Below, in pieces: positions 1-15,056 of a stretch of DNA of 64,000 bases. The notes below the pieces were generated by a model. That model was not told the DNA's origin. It saw nothing but the letters and a program-made list of their open reading frames with translations, and made no database searches. The first letter of the stretch is position 1. Each line of letters begins with the position of its first letter. The stretch is from Eledone cirrhosa (Eukaryota). Position numbers and translations under genes: made by a program. The stretch lies in the NCBI GenBank assembly GCA_964016885.1, contig OZ024741.1, positions 141,422,001 to 141,486,000 on the forward strand. The letters run 5' to 3'.

Positions 1-1
1 T

Positions 2-1312
2 GGACATTGCTGAGTTTTTGAGTATCAGGTATTTGGAGGCCATGGGTTTAGCATAGTGTGAGTGGAGAATTTGGGCTCTCTCGTCTATAGTGTTAATCCA
101 GAGTTCTGTGTCTAATACAGGTAGTCTATTGTTAGGGTGTTTGGAAGGGAAGTCGATAGTTACAGTTATACTCTGGTGTATGGAATTAGCTATTTGCTGG
201 ATGCTTTCCATCGTGCTACGTTCTAAATCAAACTTGTTAGTGCTCTCTAGTGGGGGTGTTCTTATAACTATATTGATATCGTCTACATAACGATAGTACA
301 TGATGAGGTCTATGGAGCTTTCATTAAGGAGATCTTTAAGTCTCCTTTCCCACCATACCATGAGAAGGTTGGCAACATCACCAGCTATGCTGACGCCGAT
401 GACTGTTCCCTCATTTTGGGTGTAGATTTTCTCGTTGAACTTAAATATGTGGCCCTTTAGGGTAGTTTTGATACTAGCCCCTATTGCATGTGCGACCATT
501 TTTCTTACCTGATCATTGTTTTGGGGGGTCCGTATAGCTTTGGTCCACCCAATCCACCTTCCCATGGGAGTCTTTTTTGCCATTGAGGTTATGGTGGAGG
601 GTCTACCTCTTATAGGTCTACTAGGGCAGAAACATCTAAGGTCATGGCTGTCTAGGTAGACAGTGTCGTAGGTAAGTCTAAGTAGGAGGCCCGGTTCGTC
701 TGTGTCGACGTCGCAGAACTCCACCTCACTCTCAATGATCATCTCCACACATCTTTTCACAGCAAAATCAATGTTAATGGATGGGTACAGTGACACCACA
801 TCCATGCTGCCTATTATGCAGTTGGATAGGCTCCTGTTTTTGTTGCACTCACTGATTCTGCTGAGGAGGTCCTCTGTACTGTCACATACATCTGGGGACA
901 TCTTGATTATGGGGCGTATAACCATTGAGAGGAAGTAGGAGATCCTGTAGTTGCTAGCTATATTAGCTCCGCATACGGGTCTTGTTGGTGGTCCTGTTGT
1001 CGGGTCATCGACTGTCTTGTGGTCTTTGCGGAGCCCATACAAGGGTGGTATGCCATTGTTAGACGCCTGGAAGTTGTTGGCAGTGCGTCTGCTTGGCTTT
1101 AGGATGTCAGTCCACATCATCATGTGAGCGTTGAGGATTTTTTCTCTCCCATCGTGTTTTTGTTGTGCAATTTCGCTCGTCTTGGTGATGTGGGGTTGCA
1201 TAGCCTCGATGTAGTTCGGCATGCTATCTATTGACATCCTACCAGACTTATCCGTGGGTAGACACACTACCTCACCATCCCTTGTGCGCTGCTTGGGGCT
1301 AACCAAGCCTTC
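2..1312 (-). CDS. PLE reverse transcriptase, partial; frame runs off the left edge
   Basis: Manual translation gives PTDKSG, PPLYGLRKDHK, PPTRPVCGA, GSMDVVSLYPSI, GTVIGVSIAGDVANLLMVWW, YRYVDD, LPVLDTELW, HYAKPMAS. Both ends of the interval are in the same frame. Confidence 0.88.
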
Positions 1313-1330
1313 TACAGGTTTCCTCCCAAG

Positions 1331-1807
1331 TTGTTGGTAGAAAAGCTAGGAACCGCCATAAAATCCCTGATCAGCAAAACCTACCCTTTTAAGAAAACCC
1401 ACTGTACTAATAAGAAATGTATCATATGTAAGGTGAACCCCCGGATAAACTGTAAAACTAGAAACGTAGTCTATAGCATAAGATCTACAGAGGGTACTTG
1501 CAGAAACATGACAACAATATACATAGGTGAGACAGCTCGTAGCATAGGTGAAAGGATAGACCAACACTGGGGGGAACTAAAAGGACGAAAAAACGGGTCA
1601 GTACTATACGAACATGCTAGACAACAACATGACGGTAATATAGACAACATAGAAATTAGAATAATATCTAAACATAGAAATGACCCAGCAGATAGGCAAA
1701 TCAGAGAGGCCAGTGAAATAGAAATTAGAAGACCAAAGCTAAACAGAAAGAATGAATGGAATAACAACAACACCCAAACAAACAACACTGACCTAGGAGA
1801 AGTATAA
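1331..1807 (+). CDS. PLE C-terminal GIY-YIG endonuclease (5'-truncated copy)
   Basis: CIIC...CKTRNVVYSI...IYIGETARSIGERIDQH...LYEHARQQHDG...RQIREA...LNRKNEW. Confidence 0.88.
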   Translation: MLVEKLGTAIKSLISKTYPFKKTHCTNKKCIICKVNPRINCKTRNVVYSIRSTEGTCRNMTTIYIGETARSIGERIDQHWGELKGRKNGSVLYEHARQQHDGNIDNIEIRIISKHRNDPADRQIREASEIEIRRPKLNRKNEWNNNNTQTNNTDLGEV

Positions 1808-2439
1808 ATAAGTAAATAAAATAAAATAAATAAATAAATAAATACATACACAAGCACAATAACAACACGCACATAAACACACACTAGTCAACAAAACACT
1901 ATACACACACGCAAACGCATGCGCAAAGAAGACAAAATAAAATAAACAAACAAGCAAATAAATAAATAAATATATAGACAGACTGAATAAAAATAGCGTA
2001 GACATACAGTACAACAGGAGGAAGATATAACACCACCGACGATGTTGCAGATGTGCAATGAAAGATTTATGATAAACTATATATATGTGTTTGTGTCTAT
2101 ATTTTATGTGTATTATTTTTGACCGTCGGTCAGTCAATGGCAACATTGAGGACCGAGTAAGTTAGATTACCGATATAAAAGACAGCGAGAAGCGAAAACC
2201 AACCAAACAGTGAGTGTGTTCTGTTATTAATTCTGGCAATATTACACAAATATGACCCTCCCCAAGTATAACAATATATATATATATATATATATATAGG
2301 TAAAATAGTCTCAAGTAACACTGATGAATTTTACTTACCAACCAAAATAATGTTATTGTATTTAACCGAGCCTCACAATCATTAGATTTCAAATGAACTT
2401 AAATCCGTAAAATGCATCATGCATTAAATTCTAACCACT

Positions 2440-2865
2440 AATGCGGCCTCATGTGCAGGCCTGTGGGTTTGGGATTTCGTAAGTTTAGGAGTTCTATTCT
2501 TGGGCTGTGCCATGTGTGTGTCCTTGAGCAGGACACTTCTACTCACTTCGGAACATCAGTTGTATCAGTTATTTAAAGGGCTAGGCTTGTCAACGTTTCA
2601 GTCCTTGAGAACTATAATGTTCACATATCTATGAAATGTGCACTCACTAAAACTGTCGTTCACGATGGACTACAGCTGTAATTCAAAGGAACAGCCTTAT
2701 CTCATGTTGTGTCCCACTAAATCTCTCCAAAAACTACGTTAAGTGTATACGTGTCAGTGCAATACTCAGTTACTGGCACCTTAATTTCACGAGCAGGCTG
2801 TTTCACTGTTTCATTTCTTAGAATAACTGGAACACTTGTCGTCGTTACTGACGGAGATTCATCCA
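2440..2865 (+). mobile_element. Degenerate SINE-like repeat, family 2
   Basis: gtgtccttgagcaggacac...ttaatttcacgagcaggctgtt...gtcgtcgttactgacggag; shared with 28168, 46490 and 59130. Confidence 0.6.
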
Positions 2866-3881
2866 ATACAACACACACATATATACACACACAAACACAC
2901 AAAGCAGCCTCTATAATCATTGTGTTTTATCAGTTACAGACACACCACCAGTGAACGATGTTGTAAATACATACATATTTACGAGTTCCTGAAATATTTA
3001 AATAGTGTGTTCATGAAATCCTTATCGCTTCACTTCAATTCCTTGCTTCAGTTTCATATGTTAAACACAAACAAATTGGACCGCTACTGCAATCTCTATG
3101 TCATGGCGTAAAACTTCAATAGAAAATTTCCATTACAATGTATATACGGCACCAGAATATATAATGCAGGAGTGGGTGTGTGGTACACGCATTAAATGTT
3201 TTTCTTTGAAGATCTTAAACAACCTAAATGTGAAACTAATTAAATATTCTAAGAAAATATATTCTCTAGTTAGCTCTTATTCACATTAAAACATCTATTC
3301 AGAAAATAATGTGATCTAATGCATATACATATAAATAACTCCGTTTATTTAAGTCTAAATGTATGAAAATGTATTACAAACATACATATACATATATATA
3401 TATATGTGTGTGTTTGTGTTTGAATGTATGCATATATACATACACAGACATGTATATATATATATACATATATCAATGTATTTATGTGTATATATATACA
3501 CACACACATATCAATATTAAACATTTCAGAAGGAGCACGGATGTGTTTATGTACGTGCCTGTCAGTTTGTGATTTATCATATTATTATACGTAAATATTT
3601 TTTGTATCGCAATCAAACAACCACAGTTTATTATGTTGTTGTGTCGTGAATGCCACTTAAAGAAATTAATTAAAATATTATTTCATTTCAACATACAGAA
3701 AGTTAATCTGGTTTGACGTAGGGTCAAATTTAAATACATTCATTATATAATCTCTATTGTCACACTTTATTACGATAAGAAATATATTTATCTTTTTTTT
3801 ATGTAGCATAAAACAAGGAAGTATTGATCTGTCAATCTGGTTGATTCTCATCTGTATGTATATCTATCTATCTATCTATCT

Positions 3882-3939
<58 letters not shown>

Positions 3940-5054
3940 ATAAGAATTGCAGCTTTTTGTGAAACTTTATTGCATATTGTTTCTATATCGATCAGCTCGA
4001 GTTTGATCAAGCGATCGAATCCCGACTCGTAATTGACACATCTTTAGATATGCGAGTTTACATGTTTGGTCCCATCCAAGCACACACGCACACACACACA
4101 CGCGCACACACACACACGCGTACACACACACGCACACACATGCACACACACCCACACACACGCATCCACACACATACACATATATATATATATATATTTA
4201 ATATTGGATTATGAATCGAAGTTGAGTTGTACCCGCCATATAGCAAGTACTAATCGAGTTTTTTAGGCAATCATATGTATATATAAAGATATATATATAT
4301 ATATATATGTGTGTGTGCGTGTGTATGTGTGTGTTGATGTACATATGAGTATATACAGTGTGTATGTAAGTATGTAAATTTCCGTATTTCCAAGTATATG
4401 CTGACATGTATTTATTTTATATTTAGACTACTTAATGCACAATGCAATGTATGTGTGTTTGTGAACATACATATATGATGTATATTCTCATTTTATTTTT
4501 TAAAGCCAATGTGGGGAAATGAATGCTGCCTATGAAATTATAATTGGTGACTGGAGTGCGCATTCAGTATAAAAATTGACTTATGCCTCGTTACCGCCAA
4601 TCTTAATATATAATGGAAGAAGTATTTCTAGATTCCATTACTGTTATACAGATTTATTTGTATTGCTGTTGGTTTGATTTTCTTCTGGTTCATTGATTAA
4701 CACGTAATCTATTCTTGTTTTAATTCTTTCTAAAATTTTCTTCTCTATATCAAGAAAAATGAAGGAAAGGAAAGGAGAAGATCGTCAGATCGAGCTAAGG
4801 GAGCAATTTTTCAATAAGTCTTTCCATTACTGATATTATCTCCTGGTTTAACATAACTTGAGTATATATATATATAAAGAAAAGATTCGATCGTCAGATT
4901 AGCTGAAAAGAACCAATGTTTCCATTTGTCTTTCCATTGCTTATACTATCTGTCGGCTACAGCTCTTGGCTGAAGGAAGCGGATTTTGAACGCAGAAACC
5001 ACAGATTTAAATGAGATATCGCAAAGCTTCCTAAGTGATTTTATTATAATTTCG

Positions 5055-5190
5055 TCAATCCACCTCCCATGAATTGGTACTTTATTTATCAGTCCCGAAA
5101 GGATGAATGACAAAGTTGAGCCTGTCTAGAATGGTTCTCACAGTGAAGTGATGTGAAACAAATACAGAGACCTTTAATATGACGCCCTGA
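5055..5190 (-). mobile_element. Degenerate SINE family 1 copy
   Basis: tggtactttatttatcagtcccgaaaggatgaatgacaaagttga is the reverse complement of the SINE core at 63369. Confidence 0.55.
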
Positions 5191-5893
5191 CGGCTCTGCT
5201 ACTTCGATATTTTTAGTGAATATGAATGTGGTGTTCTTTGCTCACGTTGCCTGTATTAAAATAGACTTCAAACGTTTAAAGCTTTGATCATTTTCCTTTA
5301 AATCGCGAGAAACCTGTCATGAATTTGTAGGGGTAAAATTCACTTGCCATACATAGATCTGTGCGAATTTTAATTGAGATCCACTGGACAATACAATTAT
5401 TGAGGTTTTAAAAGCTTGCCCATGTTAATACGGCGTTCGGATGAAAGATTACCAGATGGCAACTCGTAATAGGGGAAGAATTTAGGAGACTTAGGATTGC
5501 GAAAGGACGAATATGACCTAGGACTCTGAGAAGCACTGCCCTAGAAGTTCAATAGAAATATTGTGGCGCCTACTAGATGTCATTTATATGGTAATATAAA
5601 ACTCTTTCTGTGGTAATAAGCCGATATGATTTTTAATGCAATATTTCTACTTGGTGTTGTGAAACAACTAATGTTATGTGTTAAGGACTTTGTTGGTGTC
5701 TACACCACTTAGCAACCGGTGGTGTTATGTCAGATAACTTAGCAGTTCAAAAAACAGAGATCAATATATTAAGTATTAGGCTTAGAAATATCGATTATAT
5801 CTATGTAGATGGTGACCTAGGAGAGTTGCAGTCGGATGTCTGAAACCAATGAATGAATATATATGAATATATATAAATATATATCTATATATG

Positions 5894-5932
<39 letters not shown>

Positions 5933-6053
5933 GACAGTGAGAGATGAATAGCAAGATAATAAGATACATGATTCAGATAATATAAAAGATATTATGTTTC
6001 AATATTTATTCATCTGTTCGTCTAATAGCATTCAAATGGAACTAACCTGATGC

Positions 6054-6174
<121 letters not shown>

Positions 6175-6843
6175 TTGTGTGTGTGTGTGTAGATGTGTGT
6201 GTACATGTATGTATGATGCTATTGGAATACAGAGAAATAAAATGTAGGCGGCTGCCTATAATTAAATTTGGTAAACCTCTTCATTTGAGTTTGTATATTA
6301 AAATCTCAGACTACTAAATATTAGACAAGATAGTCGTTAGGTAATGATTCAGCTGTGTGATGTCAATTTTCAAGTGGAATGAGTGGAAAAGCTATAACAC
6401 CATTAATACATTTTTTTCGGCTCCTTCTAAACTAAAACACTTCAGATGTCGTCATAGAATTATCGACATCTAAATAAATACAATGTTGCAATTATGAAGA
6501 ACATGTGTGTAAAAGAATCATTTTTATCCTTGTCTCTGTCGTATAAAATATATATATACAGATGGACTCACCTATATACAGTATGTTTCAAATGTATTCA
6601 ACAAAAATTGTATATTGATTATCTGTCAGTATTATAACATATATGTGTATCTTGCTTATAGTTAGTAATCTTATGTAATAAGAAAACTATTTCACTTCAG
6701 AGCAATTTCATATTAATAATTTTATGATAGGATTACAGCCATCTACGTATCATATTCAGAATGTACAAAATTCTTATTCACAATATATGCTATAGATTAG
6801 AGTAACCTATATCTCTCAGCAGAATGCAAAACACACATACACA

Positions 6844-6893
<50 letters not shown>

Positions 6894-6940
6894 TGTGTAT
6901 GTGTGTTTTGCATTCTGCTGAGAGATATAGGTTACTCTAA

Positions 6941-7490
<550 letters not shown>

Positions 7491-7534
7491 ACTGTAGATT
7501 TGTTTTTGAACTTCTTCCATTATATCTTGACCAA

Positions 7535-7760
7535 GGGAGGTGGATTGGCAGTATCGGTAGAGCGTCGGAGACCATGTTTTTTTAGCATAGAGTTACGTCC
7601 ATTTATGTTCTGAGTTCATATCTCGCTGAGGTTAGCTTTGCCTTTTATCCTAATGGGGTCGATCGAATAAAGTACCAGTTACACACTGGTGTCAATTTAA
7701 TCGACTTTCCCCTCGCCAAAACATTTTGCTGACCTTGTGCCTAAATCAGAAGACATTATA
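7535..7760 (+). mobile_element. tRNA-derived SINE family 1
   Basis: A-box-like tggcagtatcgg, B-box-like gagttcatatc, core gccttttatcctaatggggtcgatcgaataaagtaccag. Confidence 0.75.
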
Positions 7761-7980
7761 TCCTGACCATAATATTCTGTAAATTTATTGATTCAAGAAA
7801 TATTTTTTTTTTATTTTACTTAAAACAAAACGTCTACCAAATGGATAGAGACGCCTATATCCACTTTTATCCGCCAGCACGCGTACTTTACCCGATTATC
7901 CCAACTATTATTTATGAAGGTTGATTGTTATCATGGTCATTTGATTTGGGGCGTATTTATTCGAATTTTCCCCAATTCTT

Positions 7981-8109
<129 letters not shown>

Positions 8110-8574
8110 AAGTGTGTGTAAGTGTGTGTGGGCGTCACGGGCTACTATAGTTTCCTTCTATCAAATTTACCTCAAAGTTAATGGTCAAATCGAGGATAGA
8201 GTGGAAAACATATGCTGAATATGTGCCATGAATTTCAAGCCACAGAGAAGGAATTTTAGCCAATGGATGAATTAGGGAGGAATCATAATTGGGAAAGAAT
8301 AGTGTATGCTGTGTATATATCAAGTGAAATACTAATGTACCCAACTATAGGATTATATATATCAAATGATATATAATAGACTACATTGTATTTTGTTATA
8401 TATTAAATGAAATGCCAATGTACTCAACGATAATGTACACTGTGTATTTATCAAATAAAATAACTATATACTATATATATATATATATGTATTGTTATAC
8501 TTGGGGAGGGTCATATTTGTATAATATTGCCAGAATTAATAACAGAACACACTCACTGTTTGGTTGGTTTTCGC

Positions 8575-9570
8575 TTCCAAACACCCTAACAATAGACTAA
8601 CTGTATTAGACACAGAACTCTGGATTAACACTATAGACGAGAGAGCCCAAACTCTCCACTCACACTATGCTAAACCTATGGCCTCCAAATACCTGATACT
8701 CAAAAACTCAGCAATGTCCAGTAGTGCTAAGTTTAATATTCTGATCGCAGATTTGGTACGAGTGATGAAGAATGTGTCCCGCATGTGCGACCCAACAGAA
8801 ATGGAAAGACACATCCAACACTTCATCAACCGCATGCAGTTCTCTGGCTACAACCAAAGAGACAGAGTTAGAGTATACGAAGGAGCCATGGAGAAGTATA
8901 AGACCCACATAGAACTGGACATGAAAGAAATTTGCCCATTATACAGGAGCAAATCATGGAATAGCTTAGATAGGGCTAGACATAAGATAGGGAAAGCCAC
9001 CTCATGGTACGACAACCAGAGATACCAGAGTGTCATGTTTGTGGACGCTACCCCCGGAGGGAAATTAGCTAACCAGTGTAGAAAGGCCCTGAGAAAGACC
9101 CACTTAAAAATTAAGGTGGTAGAAAAGCCAGGAACCACCATAAAATCCCTGATTAGCAAAACCTAGCCTTTTAAGAAAACCCACTGTACCAATAGGAAGT
9201 GTATCATATGTAAGGTGAACCCCCGGATAAACTGTAAAACTAGAAACGTATTCTATAGTATAAGATGTACAGAGTGTACTTGCAGAAACATGACAACAAC
9301 ATACATAGGTGAGACAGCTCGTAGCATAGGTGAAAGGATAGACCAACACTGGGGGAACTAAAAGGACGAAAAAACGGGCCAGTACTATACGAACATGCTA
9401 GACAACAACATGACGGTAATATAGACAACATAGAAATTAGAATAATATCTAAACATAGAAATGACCCAGCAGATAGGCAAATCAGAGAGGCCAATGAAAT
9501 AGAAATTAGAAGAAAGAAGGAATGGAATAACAACAACACCCAAACAAACAACACTGACCTAAGAGAAGTA
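8575..9570 (+). pseudogene. PLE RT C-terminal/thumb plus GIY-YIG, disrupted
   Basis: ORF 8564-9166 (VLDTELW, HYAKPMAS, MQFSGY, VMFVDATPGG). Stop at 9164 (TAC>TAG relative to the copy at 1382) and a frameshift near 9355. Confidence 0.85.
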
Positions 9571-9812
9571 TAAATAAGTAAATAAAATAAAATAAATAAA
9601 TAAACAAATACATACACAAACACAATAACAACAAGCACATAAACACACACTAGTCACCCATCACACAGCAAACAAAACACTATACACACACGCAAACGCA
9701 TGCGCAAAGAAGATAACATAAAATAAACAAACAAGCAAATAAATAAATAAATATATAGACAGACTGAATAAAAATGGCGTAGACATATAATACAACAGGA
9801 GGAAACGATAAC

Positions 9813-9854
9813 ACCACTGACGATGTTGCAGATGTGCAACGAAAGATTTATGAT
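9813..9854 (+). ncRNA. Minimal type I hammerhead-like motif in the family A terminal repeat
   Basis: CTGACGA-t-gttgca gatg tgcaac-GAAA-gattTA. Stem I is weak. Related copies near 2035 (core mutated) and 38063. Confidence 0.5.
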
Positions 9855-10117
9855 AAACTATATATATGTGTTTGTGTCTATATTGTATCTGTATTATTTT
9901 TTACCGTCGGTCAGTCAATGGCAACATTGAGGACCGAGTAAGTTAGATTACCGATATAAAAGACACAGAAGCGAGAAGCGAAAACCAACCAAACAGTGAG
10001 TGTGTTCTGTTATTAATTCTGGCAATATTACACATATATGACCCTCCCCAAGTATAACAATATTTGTTTCGACACACGATTTCATATAAAAATCCTCGCA
10101 AAACTAATTCATCGCCG

Positions 10118-10208
<91 letters not shown>

Positions 10209-10555
10209 CATATACGTGTTTTACAACGGGTCACATTGTGGCTCAATGAAAAGTTAATAAATTAAATAATCAGAGCTATATATCATAAAACATGTCTATA
10301 GAATCACCAGATAAAATATATACCATTTCCTCTCCCAATTAGCATAATCAACTATATAAAAAAAATCGAATAGACCAGGCTATATGAATAAGGCTTCTAT
10401 GATAAATCCACAACAAATAACCGAAACTAGCCCTTTGCGTCGGCTACGATGGAATATGTATCGAATATTTCGACAGCGTAATCGCCCAGATATACAGTTA
10501 ATTAAACAGAATTAGGTGTAATATAAAGTAGGAAAAAAGAGAATACATTTATTTA

Positions 10556-10630
10556 CCTCTACCATGGTTTCGTCCGCATTTTGAGATTTCCAATATATTC
10601 GGAAATTCGAGCATGGCACTCTTCAGGAGT
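10556..10630 (-). ncRNA. Type I hammerhead ribozyme
   Basis: Minus strand: ctc CTGAAGA gtgc...gcggac GAAA ccatgg TA gag; palindromic stem III. Confidence 0.7.
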
Positions 10631-10682
10631 TTGCTCTAATCTAGACATTAAATTTTCCAAAGTATCGCGCCGAGAATACATT

Positions 10683-10716
<34 letters not shown>

Positions 10717-10899
10717 TTAATATATAAGGGAACAAAGAATCAGTATTGCATCATATACATATTTAATTATATATTATATTACCTATGTTTCACTGTCAAT
10801 CAGCCCGAGAAACGATCTATTAATGATCGAACCTGACTCTGGAATCGGAAGCTCCTCGTATATGTTTTAACATGTTGGCTCGGGAGACAATCGACCCAA

Positions 10900-11030
10900 G
10901 CACTTGTCAGGTACTTTTTATTGATCTCGAAAAGATGAAAGGCAAATTTGGCCTTCGCAGGAGTGTAAAGTGCTGGAACGAATACTCCAGACTTGTCTAT
11001 ACCTACGTTCTAATGACTCTGCTAATTCTA
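10900..11030 (-). mobile_element. Degenerate SINE family 1 copy
   Basis: ggtactttttattgatctcgaaaagatgaaaggcaaattt. Confidence 0.55.
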
Positions 11031-11513
11031 CGACGGATCACGATTTAACAGATCAATGAAAAAATCTACAGCTTTCGATTTAATCCCGTTTGGGATTATA
11101 CAATGTTTGAGGTTTGAAAAAGTTGCTCAAGTAAATATGGTGCTTGGTTGAACAATTACTAGATGGCAGTTCGATATGTGGGTGGTTAACCGAAGTAACC
11201 TGTGATTGCAAGGAGCACAGTGCGACCTGCATTTCGGAGAACTACTGAAATACATAATTACTGAGGTTTCAAATGTTTGCTCATGTTAATATAGTGTTCT
11301 GATGAAAGATTACTAGAAGACAATTTACAATAGGGGACGAATTGAGGAAACTTGTGATTGCAAGTGTGGATGTTGTCAAGGTCACTAAAAAACCCTGCTT
11401 TAGATATATCGTTTCTTGTATATTTTTTTTAGAAAACGGAGGATTGGTTTGGCTTACTAGTGTAAAGTTTATCTTTGAACTTTACTGTACGGAAACCTTT
11501 ATAGTGCTCTTCT

Positions 11514-11577
11514 CATAGCCCATCGGCATCATAGCCCATCGGCATCATAGCCCATCAGCATCATAGCCCATCGGCAT
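11514..11577 (+). repeat. 16-bp minisatellite (catagcccatcggcat) x4
   Basis: Direct inspection. Confidence 0.9.
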
Positions 11578-12227
11578 GAATGCAATATTCTAAGCTGTAT
11601 AGTTTCATAGATACATAGGATATATATATATTATGTCATCTAAATCGATTTTGCTGCCATTCAAAGAAATTAATATTTTCAAGATACATTGTTCTTAATG
11701 CTTCCCATCAGATCGGCTCTAATATAACAGATATATTTTTACAAGTGTTTTAGCCATGATCGTACCAAATATTTTTAAAGGAAGTGTATTATGGACTACA
11801 TTATCCAATACATACTTAAATCTATAACGAGAGTGTTACTTGAGAAGGATTCATATATAATTTCTGAGGCATGGAGCTAAATTTTCCCTTATTCGCTGAG
11901 GTTGAAGCATAGGTGTAATTTTCTAAAAAGCCAAGACTCTAAAAAGCTTACTCCTTGCCTGACTGCGCTTATTTGGCAAATGGTACTTAATGCATATTCC
12001 ACAACACTTACCTTATTATATAACCATTACATCAAAGTAAAATTCTGAAAGTAATACAAGGAAAGTTATTGCTTGTCCCATGTATTAAACGAAGTAGAGG
12101 GTCTGCAGCATTTGAATGATAATCTAACACATTTTTTAAATATAATTCTTAATTTAAGTTGTTTTCAACATTGACGTTGAAACCATTTTCTTTACTTTGA
12201 CTAGCTCTTTATATTGTAGAAATCAAA

Positions 12228-12267
<40 letters not shown>

Positions 12268-14249
12268 ATATATATACATATGTGTATGTATAGATATATG
12301 TATGCCTACTGTTTACTATCACGTGAATGGGTATGCAAAGACACAATACCATAGTAGAGATTTTTTTTTTATTAAGGCAAAGTTTCGGTCGTATTACACA
12401 ATGATTCGCTTGTGTATTCATAAGATCATTAAAAAAATAAAAGTTTCGTGTGTGTGTATATATATATATATATATAACGGTTGTTTCTTCTACATGTTTT
12501 TCTACTAGATTCTACCCATTAGTTTAGCTAACCTCTTAAACACAATCATAACTTGCTAGAATTATTCATTTATAGAATATATTTCTATTTGATTGAATGT
12601 TATAACCGAATCCTATGAAATGTTTAAAATTAAAGAAACGTACATATAATTATATGTGCTTGAGGAACATATGTTCTTGTTAATTTATCATAGGAAAGCT
12701 CTTGAAAGTGCTTTTTACCAATGAAGTGCTCAGAAAGCTATGATTGAATATTGTTTCACAATATATACTTACTCAAATAACATACACTATAGAATTATAG
12801 ATATAGTTTTTGCAACAGAATTTATTAAATAATCTCAACTCTTTAAGTAAGACCCTATAAGGAAAGACGATTGAAGTCAGCCTACGCAGTGTTGCATCAA
12901 TTTAAAATAATTACTCGAGGAAAATAAACAGATATGATAATTTCTATACGGAATAACTCCTTCTATGCTAAGAAGTATTTTTATTTGCAGCCATTTTTAT
13001 GTTGAAAAGACGACATGATATGATGCCATATTGCACGTTTCCATTTATAATACCATATCCTTAATGTAATGTTTATTTCTACTTTTAGACATCAAGTAAG
13101 CGAAGTATATTGCATTCTACAATATTTCTAAAAATATATATTTATTAATTTCTAAATTTTCTACTTCAATATTTTCTATTTTTCTCTGAAAATGAAAGAA
13201 GAGTATATATATGATCTTCTTTAAACAAACATTTACTTAAAACAAATTCTTCTGGAATGTTTGAACATTTATCTTTATTTGGATTTCAATATTTCGGTAA
13301 ATATTGATGGTTTCCCTTTTAAAACTTTTATAGCTTAAAAACATCACTTTCAAATTATATCATATAAAACGTGTGTTTTAGTTATGATATGAACGAGCTC
13401 GTTTTATATTTAGTTATGATGTAATCCAGCAACGTTTTGTTTTTCTTATCTTATGTATATTATTCTAACATTATTACGGAGGTTTATTGCTTTTCCAACG
13501 AAATCAAAATGAACATGGTTCGCCAAACATACATATATGGCAAATCTGAAACTCAATATAATATTGAAATGTGCCAACTAGCGAGTGAGAATTGTTTGTT
13601 TTTTTATAATTTCCTTCAACTTCATTTTAGTTAAGAAAGACATTGCTTTGAAGTAGCAAAGGGAAAGAGTGGGTATTGTTGACATTGAACAAAATATACC
13701 TTTTCATAAAGTTGGGGAATTGAGATTGAATGACGTTTGATCGCACCTCATGCCCATTACAAATATATGACAATATATAATTCAGGAATCAAATAAAACT
13801 GGATTGTGGAAAAAATAGAAAAGAAATCTCTGCTTACTGCTATTCAGCGTTATTCTTAAAGGTATATTGTTGACGTTTTCTATCGCTTTCATAAATAATA
13901 TCATCTTTTTATGGAATAGATCTTCCTACATACGCTTGCTTATAAAGAAAGAAATCACTTTTACATGGATATCATTTTTTTGTAGATTGTATAGAAGAAA
14001 ATATGTTTCTGAAGTTCTTTGGTGATCTGTAACAAAAAACCTCAAGAAGGTTATTCAGTGATATGTCAAATAAATTGTTTTCACACATATACTCTGGTAG
14101 ATAACGTTGACATTGTTGACATTTCTATTCAGCACATTTACAATCTACCATGAAGTATTATTTTTACTTATTTAACGGACTTTTGGGAAGAAAGTCACAA
14201 ACTCTGTCTACGACTAATTTACACTGATATACATATATATTGCAAACAC

Positions 14250-14312
<63 letters not shown>

Positions 14313-14314
<2 letters not shown>

Positions 14315-14436
14315 AAGAAGATGTAAGATACCAGGTGGACCATAACGCACCAGAGTACTCAATACTTAGGGTAGTAGAGTGGGTATTATGAAAAGAGTCA
14401 GGACTCCGACGGGTGAGCTCCGGCCGTTTTGACAGT
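14313..14436 (-). mobile_element. Solo family a PLE-type 3' terminus
   Basis: ccaggtggaccataacgcacc..agtactcaatactt..ggtagtagagtgggt shared with 7065-7120. Confidence 0.7.
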
Positions 14437-14470
14437 GTGTGTATGTATATATATATACATATGTATGTTC

Positions 14471-14547
<77 letters not shown>

Positions 14548-14681
14548 AAATAGATAGATAGATAGATATATTTCTTTATTAGCCACAGGGGCACAAAAGA
14601 AGGGGACAAATACAAAGGGGGAAGTTTACATACAATAAAAACGTGTAAAATGTTATCACAGATGGAATTTAAAAGTTAGTC

Positions 14682-14682
<1 letters not shown>

Positions 14683-14764
<82 letters not shown>

Positions 14765-14765
14765 G

Positions 14766-14796
<31 letters not shown>

Positions 14797-14797
14797 G

Positions 14798-14864
<67 letters not shown>
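14683..14864 (+). repeat. (GATA)n microsatellite
   Basis: Direct inspection. Confidence 0.95.
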
Positions 14865-14865
<1 letters not shown>

Positions 14866-15017
14866 TACACGGATGTGTATGATTGTGTATAGAAGATTAT
14901 ATTAATAAAAGGAATTCCAACTTTGTCTGATTTACACGTTTTATTTACAATCCTTTAAAATGTATAATGGTATTAGAATGAAATAGTATGGTGGAATATT
15001 AAATGTTAAGTGTTAAT

Positions 15018-15056
15018 TGAACAAGTACTTTCATGCTTTCGCAATCTTCAGGTTCA
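15018..15056 (-). ncRNA. Minimal type I hammerhead ribozyme (family B left arm)
   Basis: tgaac CTGAAGA t-tgc gaaa gca-t GAAA gtac TT gttca. Confidence 0.75.

Larger units (their letters stand above)
1..2274. mobile_element. Penelope-like element, family A (possibly Naiad-like): body on the minus strand running off the window, joined to an inverted 3' end on the plus strand
   Basis: RT on minus (2-1312) is joined at about 1320-1330 to a plus-strand GIY-YIG and 3' terminus ending aagtataacaat, directly followed by (TA)n. Near-identical to 8491-10118. Confidence 0.9.
8491..10118 (+). mobile_element. PLE family A, 5'-truncated, with inverted terminal arm
   Basis: Left arm 8491-8577 is the reverse complement of about 9975-10061. 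A right-only tail spans 10063-10118. RT thumb plus a broken GIY-YIG lie between. (TA)n on both sides. Confidence 0.92.

Noticed and set aside
11600-14220. Long repeat-poor AT-rich stretch as a possible host exon or regulatory region
   Set aside because: No credible ORF, splice pattern or motif is visible.
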